From NCBI GenBank assembly GCA_002395405.1, contig DGWX01000040.1:1-56097 (forward strand): a DNA stretch of 56,097 nt, in the 5' to 3' direction. The translations under genes and the position numbers were made by a program. The DNA comes from Christensenella sp. UBA4247 (GTDB lineage Bacteria; Bacillota; Clostridia; Christensenellales; CAG-1252). The notes beneath the pieces were generated by a model. That model saw nothing but the letters and a program-made list of their open reading frames with translations. It was not told the DNA's origin and did not search any database. Below, piece after piece: positions 1-7,768 of this stretch (positions are counted from its first letter, which is position 1; each line of letters opens with the position of its first letter).

Positions 1-262
1 CGATATGGTAGCCATTCCCGGCGATACGAAAGCGGAAGTGATCTCCGCTATGATCGCGGACGAAGCGGCGATCGGCGTTACCAATCATAAAACGACCGCG
101 GTCAGGGTGATCCCCGTTTACGGAAAAACGGTCGGAGATTCCGCTTCTTTCGGCGGACTCCTCGGACATGCGCCCATTATGAAGGTCAGCGGTTATTCCC
201 CTTTGAAATTTATCAGCCGCGGCGGCCGCATTCCCGCGCCGCTCAGCAGCAACAAGAACTGA
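1..262 (+). CDS. DUF711/UPF0210 (PFL-like) family protein, 3' end only (5' truncated by window)
   Basis: C-terminal motifs [21 protein letters not shown] and FGGLLG...GGRIPAP; stop overlaps the next ATG (TGATG). Confidence 0.85.
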   Translation, partial: DMVAIPGDTKAEVISAMIADEAAIGVTNHKTTAVRVIPVYGKTVGDSASFGGLLGHAPIMKVSGYSPLKFISRGGRIPAPLSSNKN

Positions 263-867
263 TGAACGCGCGAAATTATCATAAAGAAATGAAGGCGGCG
301 ATCGCCGAAATGAAAGAAAAGGGGGAGACCCCTTCTCTTCTTTTGCATGCGTGCTGCGCGCCGTGCGCCTCGCACCCATTGACCCTTCTCGCGCCCGTTT
401 TTGACCTGACGGTTTTTTATTACAACCCGAACATCACCGATAGAGAAGAGCAGGACAAGCGCTTCGAGGAGCTTCGCCGCCATTTGGAAAAGAGGTATCC
501 GAGGGTCGGCTTGATTCGAGGAGAGGTGGATCCCGCTCCCTTTTTAGATTCGGCGAAAGGCTTGGAGAGCGCGCCCGAAGGGGGGCTTCGCTGCGCGAAA
601 TGTTTTGCCTTGCGCTTAGAAGAAACCGCGCGCCTCGCGAAAGAGGAAGGGTTCGATTATTTCGCAACGACCCTGACCCTTTCTCCCTTGAAAAACCCCG
701 TTCTTATCAATTCCATCGGAGAAAAGGCGGCGGAAAAGGCGGGCGTTCGATATTTGGCGAGCGACTTTAAGAAAGAAGGCGGCTATCTCCATTCTCTCGA
801 AATCTGTAAAGAGGACGGGCTCTACCGCCAAAATTATTGCGGGTGCGCTTTCAGCAAAAAAATTTGA
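262..867 (+). CDS. queH: Epoxyqueuosine reductase QueH (DUF208)
   Basis: LLLHACCAPC, YNPNI, RCxxC and YRQNYCGC motifs. Confidence 0.92.
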   Translation: MNARNYHKEMKAAIAEMKEKGETPSLLLHACCAPCASHPLTLLAPVFDLTVFYYNPNITDREEQDKRFEELRRHLEKRYPRVGLIRGEVDPAPFLDSAKGLESAPEGGLRCAKCFALRLEETARLAKEEGFDYFATTLTLSPLKNPVLINSIGEKAAEKAGVRYLASDFKKEGGYLHSLEICKEDGLYRQNYCGCAFSKKI

Positions 868-873
868 TTTTCC

Positions 874-902
874 GAATATTCCGAAACGAACCTCTCATAA
901 TA
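874..902 (+). promoter_or_regulatory. Putative sigma-G-type (forespore) promoter
   Basis: GAATA (874-878) - 17 nt - CATAATA (896-902), 5 nt before ATG 908. Confidence 0.45.
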
Positions 903-907
903 AAGGT

Positions 908-1051
908 ATGAAAGGTAAGACGGATAAAAAAGATATAAACCCCGTGGACAGAATGATCCAATCGAATAAAGACGAAGCGGAAAGTATGCTTCGCCTGTGG
1001 GGGCTGAAAGACCGCAAGCATCTGAAACCCGATAGCAAAAAGGCAAAATAG
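908..1051 (+). CDS. Small basic protein, 47 aa (MKGKTDKKDINPVDRMIQSNKDEAESMLRLWGLKDRKHLKPDSKKAK); not in ORF track
   Basis: Open frame filling the queH-rbr gap, with a promoter-like motif upstream and a terminator downstream. Confidence 0.5.
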   Translation: MKGKTDKKDINPVDRMIQSNKDEAESMLRLWGLKDRKHLKPDSKKAK

Positions 1052-1087
1052 AATGGGGGAATAACCCTCGCCTTTTCCTTGCGGCAA

Positions 1088-1128
1088 GATCCCTTTCGTC
1101 GGTTTCGATCGGCGCGGGGGATTTTTTT
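1088..1128 (+). terminator. Intrinsic terminator
   Basis: Imperfect GC-rich hairpin with TTCG loop followed by T7. Confidence 0.6.
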
Positions 1129-1194
1129 ATTGCCCGTATGAAAAGAGGGAAATCGGTCGATAGTTTCCATATCAAGAATCCAAAGGGGGAAACT

Positions 1195-1788
1195 ATGAAA
1201 CTCATCGAAAGCAAAACCTATCTCAACCTCGCAAAAGCCTTCGCCGGCGAATGTATGGCGCGTACGCGCTATGAATTTATCGAATACGGCGCGAGACAGC
1301 AAGGCTATACCGCGCTCGCCGAAGCGATCGACAAGATCGTGTATAACGAATTCAATCATGCGCGCATGTGTTATACCTATCTCCAATCCGCAAGCGACAA
1401 ATCCATCGCGAACGTGGAAGTTTGCTCGGGCTATCCGTTCAAGGAAAAGTGGGATCTCGTGGAGAATTTGCGCCTTGCCGCCGAGGACGAAGCGATCGAG
1501 GCGGAGCGCGTGTATCCCGAATATCAAAAAACCGCCGAAAAGGAAGGGTTTCAAGATATCGCGGGGCTGTTCCGCAATTTGATCGAAATCGAAACTTGCC
1601 ATAAGAAAATGTTTACCGATCTTTATAACCAAATGAAATCGGGAACGCTTTATAAAAAGGAACAACCGACCAAATGGAAATGCGGCGGCTGCGGCTACGA
1701 GTGGACGGAAAAAGAGGCGTTCGAAGTTTGCCCCGTTTGCGGAGCGAAGCAGGGCGTGGTCCTTTTGAAACTTTCGGACGGGGAATAA
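1195..1788 (+). CDS. rbr: Rubrerythrin
   Basis: AFAGE..AR.RY, ExxH di-iron motifs (EFNH, ETCH), C-terminal rubredoxin-like CGGC...CPVC; GGGGG SD before ATG 1195. Confidence 0.92.
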   Translation: MKLIESKTYLNLAKAFAGECMARTRYEFIEYGARQQGYTALAEAIDKIVYNEFNHARMCYTYLQSASDKSIANVEVCSGYPFKEKWDLVENLRLAAEDEAIEAERVYPEYQKTAEKEGFQDIAGLFRNLIEIETCHKKMFTDLYNQMKSGTLYKKEQPTKWKCGGCGYEWTEKEAFEVCPVCGAKQGVVLLKLSDGE

Positions 1789-1808
1789 AACGCGATTGCG
1801 ATAAAACG

Positions 1809-1847
1809 AAAACCGCCTTTATGCGAGAAACATAAAGGCGGTTTTTT
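1809..1847. terminator. Bidirectional intrinsic terminator
   Basis: AAAACCGCCTTTATG-cgagaaa-CATAAAGGCGGTTTT between convergent genes. Confidence 0.85.
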
Positions 1848-1870
1848 ATCAAGATGAAATCAAACGATCA

Positions 1871-2923
1871 TTACAGATCGGTTTTTTTCAATCGCGCGTA
1901 GTTCAGCGCGAAAAGCCCCGCCGCGAGAAGGCATTGGAGAATAAGACTCGTTATGATCGAGAATGCCGGAACAACGGGCAGCAGCGCGATCCCCACGAGG
2001 GGCGCTTTCGTTGCCGCGAGGGATAAGCAGTCGGTCGTTCTGAGAAGCGTAAGCAGGATCCCGACGCCGAGGAGGGATAGCGCGGGCGCGCCGAGGAAGT
2101 ATAACCCCGTGTAGCGGGTGAGGCTCGTTATGAAGGCGGAGCAGGCGGAAGCAAGGAAAGCGCCGACGAGGGCAAACGCCATTTTCCCGAAATAGAAGCC
2201 CATTGCGCTCGTGACCGCGCAACGCGTGTGGAAAAGGTTATACACGCTCGCCGTCGCGCCTCTGCCGAACGCGATAAGTCCCACTGCGATAAACACGATC
2301 CAAAATAGCAAGATCAGGACTGCGTTCAGCAAAAACTGCCCGCCGAAAATATGCACTCTTTGCGTTCCGCTCGCGAGCAGATTTTTCATATTACCGCTCG
2401 ACTTATCGTTTCCGAAGGCATAAGCGCCAACGAAAAGCCCAACGAGGATCATGCAAACGCTCGCCGCGAACGCGTATCGAACGAGCCTGTACGTTGCCGT
2501 TTGCTCGTTTGAGATCGCTTCGTTTTTCGCGGAGATCTTCGTCGTTACCGCGTATTCCGCGTCTTGTTTATGCGCAGCGAGCGCTTCATAATAGAAGCGT
2601 TGCTCGCTGTAATAAGCGGAGCCGATGTCCGGATTATAAAGCCAAGCGCTTTCATCCGAATCGGAAGGAGAGAGAGTTTCGCCTTTGGAAAGCAAATAGG
2701 CATTATAGTTTTCCTTCGCGAGTTTCAGATACGACGCCGTTTCCTCTTCGGAGAGGGTGGCAGTCGGGTTGTAAGACTCCGCCGAATATTGCTTTACAAG
2801 CGTTCCCCAAATAACGGAAACGCCGAGAAGCAAAAGAAAAGCGACCAAAGCAAAGATCAAAAGCGTTCTGCTTCCGAATAATTTCCTGAATTCGAATTTG
2901 AGTGCGTTGAAAGAGTGTTTCAT
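1871..2923 (-). CDS. ABC transporter permease (ABC-2/LanE-G-like)
   Basis: Start reassigned to MKHSFNALKFEFRKL (ATGA overlap with upstream stop); N-terminal TM, extracellular loop, GNMKNLLASG..R motif, further TMs. Confidence 0.8.
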   Translation of the reverse strand: MKHSFNALKFEFRKLFGSRTLLIFALVAFLLLLGVSVIWGTLVKQYSAESYNPTATLSEEETASYLKLAKENYNAYLLSKGETLSPSDSDESAWLYNPDIGSAYYSEQRFYYEALAAHKQDAEYAVTTKISAKNEAISNEQTATYRLVRYAFAASVCMILVGLFVGAYAFGNDKSSGNMKNLLASGTQRVHIFGGQFLLNAVLILLFWIVFIAVGLIAFGRGATASVYNLFHTRCAVTSAMGFYFGKMAFALVGAFLASACSAFITSLTRYTGLYFLGAPALSLLGVGILLTLLRTTDCLSLAATKAPLVGIALLPVVPAFSIITSLILQCLLAAGLFALNYARLKKTDL

Positions 2924-3900
2924 ATTTCTTGCCTCCGAACCGCGCCGACCGAAAGCGCGAGAGTTCCCGCCGTTAAGGCGCAATCTGCGCCGAAGTACGC
3001 ACCGAGCTGCCAAGAGAAAGAGGGGTTCGGATCGAGAAACGCGTGGAAATAAGGAAGAAGCGTCAAAACGAATCTTCTCTTTTCCCAATCAAAGTGCTGA
3101 ATATTCGGAAGTTTTGCAAAAAGAAATTCCAAAATTCCGAATGTAACGATCAGAAGATAGGGCAGCGCGAGCGCAACCGGAACGTTTTTGGTTTTTAAGG
3201 TTAAAAACGCAGTAAAGGACGCGGTAAAAAGAAGTAGAAAAAGAAAGGAGATCGCCCTTGTAAAAAACGCTTGGGCAAAGGAAGCCGTTTTTACCCCTCC
3301 TTTAACCGAGATCAGGAGCTTGTATCCCATATAGCGCGCGCCGAATGCCGCGCCGAGGATCAAAGAGAAAAGAAACGCGCTCCCGATGATCGCCGTTAAA
3401 TACAGCCATTTCCCCCAAAAAACGCGATCTCGCCTCGTTCCCGCGATCAAATAATTCTTTACGCCGCCGTTTGCGTATTCCCGAAAAAGATTCGCGGCAA
3501 GGAAAACGGACAAAAGGAGCAAAACGAAATTTACGAGGGAAAAGATCTTGGAAAGCGTCCAAATCGGCGTTCTTCCGAGTCCGAAGCTGTAAGCGCCCGG
3601 CATCGCCGCATAATGGCCGTAATCACTCTTTTCTTGTATCTTAACGAATTCGTAAAGGGGAATATATTCTTCCGCGTCGCCGAGCCATTCGCCTCTTTCT
3701 TTTTGCGCAAGCCGCGCTTCGTAAGAGGCCTCCGTATAAATATAGTCGCTTGAGTATTCCGTTTGTTCCGCGGGCGCGCCGAATAAAATAAAATAGGCGA
3801 GAAGCTGGAAGAGAACGAATACGAGGAGCAGGATCGGAATGATCCTGCCGCTCAGCGTGCGTTTCGTTTCCGCTTTGAAAACGTTTTTTATCTCGTTCAT
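2920..3900 (-). CDS. ABC transporter permease (ABC-2/LanE-G-like)
   Basis: EYANGGVKNYLIAGTRRDRVFWGK motif; ~6 TM; translationally coupled at both ends. Confidence 0.82.
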   Translation of the reverse strand: MNEIKNVFKAETKRTLSGRIIPILLLVFVLFQLLAYFILFGAPAEQTEYSSDYIYTEASYEARLAQKERGEWLGDAEEYIPLYEFVKIQEKSDYGHYAAMPGAYSFGLGRTPIWTLSKIFSLVNFVLLLLSVFLAANLFREYANGGVKNYLIAGTRRDRVFWGKWLYLTAIIGSAFLFSLILGAAFGARYMGYKLLISVKGGVKTASFAQAFFTRAISFLFLLLFTASFTAFLTLKTKNVPVALALPYLLIVTFGILEFLFAKLPNIQHFDWEKRRFVLTLLPYFHAFLDPNPSFSWQLGAYFGADCALTAGTLALSVGAVRRQEI

Positions 3901-4595
3901 TGCGAATCCCCCGTACCCGTAACTTTTTCGAGGAAGAGCGCTTCGAGCGAATCAACAGAGGAGAGATCTTCGCAAACGTAGCGAACGTTTCCTTCGTCTA
4001 TAATGATAACGCTGTCGCAAATCTTTTCGAGTTCCGCGATGATGTGTCCGGAGATCAAAATGGCGCAACCCTCGGCGGCGAGTTTTCGAATGATCTCTTC
4101 GAAGAGTTTTACGCTGACCGGGTCGATGCCGTTAAAGGGCTCGTCCAGAATCAAAATACGGGGATGATTCAAAAGGGCGTAAGCAAAGTACAGGCGCTGC
4201 TTCATTCCGAGGGAATACTTTCCGTAGCGAACGTTCGCGCTCTTTTCAAGCCCCACGGTTTTGAGCGCGTCCTTGATCTCGATCGGACCTACGTTTTCAA
4301 ACAGCGAGCTCAATACCGCAAGGTTTTTCGCGCCCGAGAGTTCCTTGTAAAAGGCGGGAGATTCGATCATCGCGCCGATCGCGGCGCTTCCTTTCCCGGT
4401 GATCTCCTTGCCGTCTAAAAAGATTTGTCCCTCGGAGGGAACGGACAGCCCGCAAATTACCTTCATCAAGGTGCTTTTCCCCGCGCCGTTCAGCCCGAGC
4501 AAGCCGCAAATGCGCCCGGGGGCAAGCGATAAACTTACCCGTTCGAGCGCCACTTTTTCTTTGAAAAATTTGGATACGCCTTTAACTTCTAACAT
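3897..4595 (-). CDS. ABC ATP-binding protein, LanF/BcrA type
   Basis: Walker A GLNGAGKS, E-loop MIESPAFY, signature YSLGMKQR, Walker B ILDEP. Confidence 0.92.
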   Translation of the reverse strand: MLEVKGVSKFFKEKVALERVSLSLAPGRICGLLGLNGAGKSTLMKVICGLSVPSEGQIFLDGKEITGKGSAAIGAMIESPAFYKELSGAKNLAVLSSLFENVGPIEIKDALKTVGLEKSANVRYGKYSLGMKQRLYFAYALLNHPRILILDEPFNGIDPVSVKLFEEIIRKLAAEGCAILISGHIIAELEKICDSVIIIDEGNVRYVCEDLSSVDSLEALFLEKVTGTGDSQ

Positions 4596-4639
4596 AATTA
4601 CCCCTAAAAAAAATTTTGCAAATAATACAAAGATACTTC

Positions 4640-4668
4640 ATTATAGCACGGTCAACGATATATTGCAA
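4640..4668 (-). promoter_or_regulatory. Sigma-A promoter of ABC operon
   Basis: TTGCAA-17-TATAAT with extended TGn, on the minus strand. Confidence 0.7.
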
Positions 4669-5053
4669 GCCTTGTTTTTATGCGCTGACGGAGCCTGACA
4701 TATTAAAGGAATAAATCGCTTTGAAGTGATGATAAGTCGTCGTTCCGCCGTAAAAATCGCTAAAAAGTTTTGCGGTTTTTTTCATTTGTTGCATCCTCCT
4801 TGGAATTTTTCAGACGTTGGATCCTTAGTCTCTATAAAGTTAAACAATTTTGAAAGAGGTTTTGTCCTTATGAAAATGAATAAAAACCGTTGGGATTATA
4901 AAAACGTAAAATCAATAATCCGAATTTTTATGTTTGTTGTATTGTTTGTTTTACGTTTTTTTTAACTGTTCAAACTTCATAAAATTAATTAAAAGTAATT
5001 TTATGCGCCGAATTCGAACGGAATCCTTTCTTAAAAAGGCGTTCAAGCGTAGA

Positions 5054-5083
5054 TTGACAATCGTTTTTTCTTCGTGATATGCT
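5054..5083 (+). promoter_or_regulatory. Sigma-A promoter of ECF sigma gene
   Basis: TTGACA-18-TATGCT with TGn. Confidence 0.55.
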
Positions 5084-5115
5084 GATAAAAAAATAAACGA
5101 AACAGGAAATATTTG

Positions 5116-5667
5116 ATGGATTTACAAAAGAAAAAAGAGATCGGAAACTTGCTGATTCGCATAAAAAACGGGGATTTTGAAGCGATTGAACAACTGCACG
5201 CGGAAATCGGGCATATTCTGCGATATATTGCCTTGAAATACGTTCATTCCGTTTTTTACGCAGATGATTTAGTACAAGATTTTTGGGCAAACATAGACCG
5301 AATTGCAAGAGGTTTTCGAATTGTCTGTAATCCATATTCATATTTGCGTAAGACTATGGTTAATCTCGCTCTTAACTTTTTGAAAAAGAACGGGAAAGAA
5401 AAAGAACGGTTTAGTTACGTTGATTATGAAAGCATCCCGTCCAAAGAAGGAACGGAAGAATCGATTGAAAGAAAGATGGAAATCGAGAATGCAATGCAAT
5501 TACTGACGGAAGAAGAGAAACAGGTTATCCAGTTAACCTATTTTGAGGAGATGACCGTTCGGGAAATTGCAAAAGATATTCACTGTTCGAAATCGAGAAT
5601 ATCCGAAATAAAAAACAACGCAATCAAAAAAATGCGTAAATACTTTGAAAATGGTGCGGACAAATAA
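5116..5667 (+). CDS. ECF-type sigma-70 factor
   Basis: Region 2 (ADDLVQD...YLRKTMVNLALN) and region 4 HTH (LTEEEKQVIQLTYFEEMTVREIAKDI..SKSRIS); AT-rich codons. Confidence 0.9.
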   Translation: MDLQKKKEIGNLLIRIKNGDFEAIEQLHAEIGHILRYIALKYVHSVFYADDLVQDFWANIDRIARGFRIVCNPYSYLRKTMVNLALNFLKKNGKEKERFSYVDYESIPSKEGTEESIERKMEIENAMQLLTEEEKQVIQLTYFEEMTVREIAKDIHCSKSRISEIKNNAIKKMRKYFENGADK

Positions 5668-5700
5668 TGTTTTTTCTAAAATCATAGAGGTAATAGTGAA

Positions 5701-5873
5701 ATGAGGAATCGTATAAAAATATTCGGAACAATATTCTTTATAATTCACCGGGAACTCTGATCCAAACAAAAACGTATTTGAATATTGCATCCGGGAAAAG
5801 CGATTATACGGGAGTTTATGTTGTTGGCAATAACGGAACGGTGAATGCAGCTCATTCCGATTATATAAGCTAA
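5701..5873 (+). pseudogene. Probable internally deleted remnant of a secreted-protein gene
   Basis: GAGG SD + ATG 5701 give signal-peptide-like MRNRIKIFGTIFFII then an early stop; a different frame with no start codon reads ...SPGTLIQTKTYLNIASGKSDYTGVYVVGNNGTVNAAHSDYIS* and ends at the SD of the next gene. Confidence 0.4.
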
Positions 5874-5884
5874 AGGAGAGAACA

Positions 5885-6556
5885 ATGTCAGAAGCAGATT
5901 TTGATAAAATGATGCGAGAATATGTAAGAGACACCGCGGCAGATCGGGAAGCCGATTTTGCAAAATTAAATCGAAAGAAAACGGAAGATAAGAAGAATAA
6001 AGTATTATCAAAAAAACGTTTATATTTTGCATCTTATACGGCAATTTTTGCGGTCATCGTTTTGGCAATGACCTCAATTATATGCAGCTTTGTTTTTTCA
6101 ACAAAACAAAGTGAAGAGCATTATGGCGATTCGACGCTTGAATTCAATTTTACTCATTTAGAAGGGAAAGAGCAACTTTTGTCTGATTATAACGTTGATA
6201 TTATTCTCCCCAAAATCGACAATCTGGAAGAATATGCAGAAGTGATTCAAGAAAAAGAATCGGCAAACGTGGTCGGTGCGAAGATCGAGATTGCCGTTTT
6301 TGATGAGGCATTTGACAACATTGTGTTGATTGCACTGAAAAAACAGGTTTATTACGCGGCGATGAATGCGTTTGCGGTGCTTTCGGAGCGTATCGTTTGG
6401 AATGGAATTTCGGTGCGGTATCAAACGGTTGAGCCTTTTGAGGGATTTTATGAGATGAAAATAAGTTTTGAGAAAGACGATTATAACTATTATATAACCG
6501 CAGCAAGTTATATAGCTATGACGATCCCGGAAGTATTGGACGAGATATTTGAATAA
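5885..6556 (+). CDS. Putative anti-sigma factor (single TM)
   Basis: Short cytoplasmic N-terminus, one TM, extracellular domain; AAGGAG SD; downstream of the ECF sigma. Confidence 0.6.
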   Translation: MSEADFDKMMREYVRDTAADREADFAKLNRKKTEDKKNKVLSKKRLYFASYTAIFAVIVLAMTSIICSFVFSTKQSEEHYGDSTLEFNFTHLEGKEQLLSDYNVDIILPKIDNLEEYAEVIQEKESANVVGAKIEIAVFDEAFDNIVLIALKKQVYYAAMNAFAVLSERIVWNGISVRYQTVEPFEGFYEMKISFEKDDYNYYITAASYIAMTIPEVLDEIFE

Positions 6557-6561
6557 AAAGC

Positions 6562-6587
6562 AAAAAACCGCCCCGAAAGGAGCGGTT
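6562..6587 (-). terminator. Intrinsic terminator
   Basis: Minus strand AACCGCTCC-TTTC-GGGGCGGTT followed by a T-tract. Confidence 0.7.
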
Positions 6588-6632
6588 AAATTTTAATTTA
6601 TTTCCTATTTATCCGAGCAAAACAAGGAAAAA

Positions 6633-7079
6633 TTAAAACTCGAACGGAACTTTGATCACGACCTTTTCCACGTGACTTCCGTCTCCTTGCTGGGGGCGAT
6701 GTGCGTCCTCGGGGAAGACGATCGCGAAGTCGCCGTCCGTAAGCGTTAAAAGATCCACGGAGCCTTTATAAAACGCAACGTCCTTTTCGGCGAATCTATC
6801 TTCGGTCATTTCCTCGGAGCGAACGTCCGCCACGCCGAACAGCTCTTTTCCTTTCAGGACGCATTGAATGTCGATCATTTTTTTATGCGCTTCGATTTTG
6901 CAATTTTCCTCGCTTTTTGTGTCGTAACTTTGAACGAGGGCAAAGGCGCCGCCGTCCAGCTCGTAACGGCCGACTTCGGGCGCGCTTTTCATCGCTTCTT
7001 CCAAAAAGGCGAACGCCACGGGGAAAAGCGGGTTTACGTTTTCGTATAATGCTGCGTTTCGAATGTTGTCTTTGATCAT
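6633..7079 (-). CDS. YhcH/YjgK/YiaL family protein
   Basis: EAHKKMIDIQ...GKE and FPEDAHRP...KVVIKV motifs; GGAGG SD before ATG 7079. Confidence 0.9.
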   Translation of the reverse strand: MIKDNIRNAALYENVNPLFPVAFAFLEEAMKSAPEVGRYELDGGAFALVQSYDTKSEENCKIEAHKKMIDIQCVLKGKELFGVADVRSEEMTEDRFAEKDVAFYKGSVDLLTLTDGDFAIVFPEDAHRPQQGDGSHVEKVVIKVPFEF

Positions 7080-7180
7080 AAATTCCTCCGTTTTCAGCGG
7101 ATATTTCCGCATATTCTTTTTTTTGTCGAGCGCGATCGCCCGCGCGGCTATTTGATAATCGCTATCTTGACGGCGCGCGA

Positions 7181-7474
7181 TCAGTCGTCTATCAAGTCTT
7201 TAAGGACTTTTCCGTAGCCTCCGCTTCCGTGACGAATGCAGCGGGAAATGCGGCTGAGCGTTGCGGAAGAAATGTCCGTTTCTTCGTTTATTTTGCTATA
7301 CGTTCCGCCTTGCAGGAAAAGCTTCGCGGCGTAAAGCCTTTGCGCCATTTGTTCGAGCTCGTTATACGTGCAGAGATCTTCGAGCAAAAGCATAAAATCT
7401 TCCGCGCTCGATATGCGGGCAAATGTCTCGCATAGGGACTTTTTGAGTTCTTCTTTTCTTTCGTCCGACGTCAT
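7181..7474 (-). CDS. YerC/YecD (TrpR-like, HisR-type) transcriptional regulator
   Basis: EDLCTYNEL.QMAQRL...TY..I..ET.ISSATLSRISRC...GSGGY. Confidence 0.92.
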   Translation of the reverse strand: MTSDERKEELKKSLCETFARISSAEDFMLLLEDLCTYNELEQMAQRLYAAKLFLQGGTYSKINEETDISSATLSRISRCIRHGSGGYGKVLKDLIDD

Positions 7475-7497
7475 ATTGCCTCCCGCGCTTTATTTCA

Positions 7498-7517
7498 CAC
7501 TATAATGCGTTAAAGCG
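7498..7517. promoter_or_regulatory. Putative YerC/HisR operator (autoregulation)
   Basis: Imperfect palindrome CACTATA-N6-TAAAGCG between the -10 box and the SD of the yerC-like gene. Confidence 0.55.
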
Positions 7518-7525
7518 TCGAAAAC

Positions 7526-7554
7526 ATTATAACGCGCTTTTTCGGAAAATGCAA
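7526..7554 (-). promoter_or_regulatory. Sigma-A promoter of yerC-like gene
   Basis: TTGCAT-17-TATAAT on the minus strand. Confidence 0.7.
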
Positions 7555-7768
7555 TCGTTTATTTAAGAGGCTTTCTTTGCCCTCGGCGCCCGTTTCTCTC
7601 TTGGGCGAAAGGGCGCGTTTCTTCTCGATACTTTCCCTTCGAACTCCGTCATTTTACTTGCCTTTGCGTTTTATTATATAGTATATTAAAAAATATAACC
7701 GAAGCCCGCGCGCTCCTATGCGGCGCGTTTTATCGTTCGGAAAGGCGGCTTCGGAGTAAGGAGGTAAC

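Noticed and set aside
868-1135. Possible ncRNA (6S or riboswitch) between queH and rbr
   Set aside because: No recognisable consensus, including preQ1; better explained by a small ORF plus terminator
4870-4965. 31-aa hydrophobic ORF (MKMNKNRW...VLRFF) with an SD, ending in a T8 tract, considered as a phase-variable gene
   Set aside because: The shifted frame I followed past the tract gives no long ORF; at most a gene remnant or small peptide, with too little support
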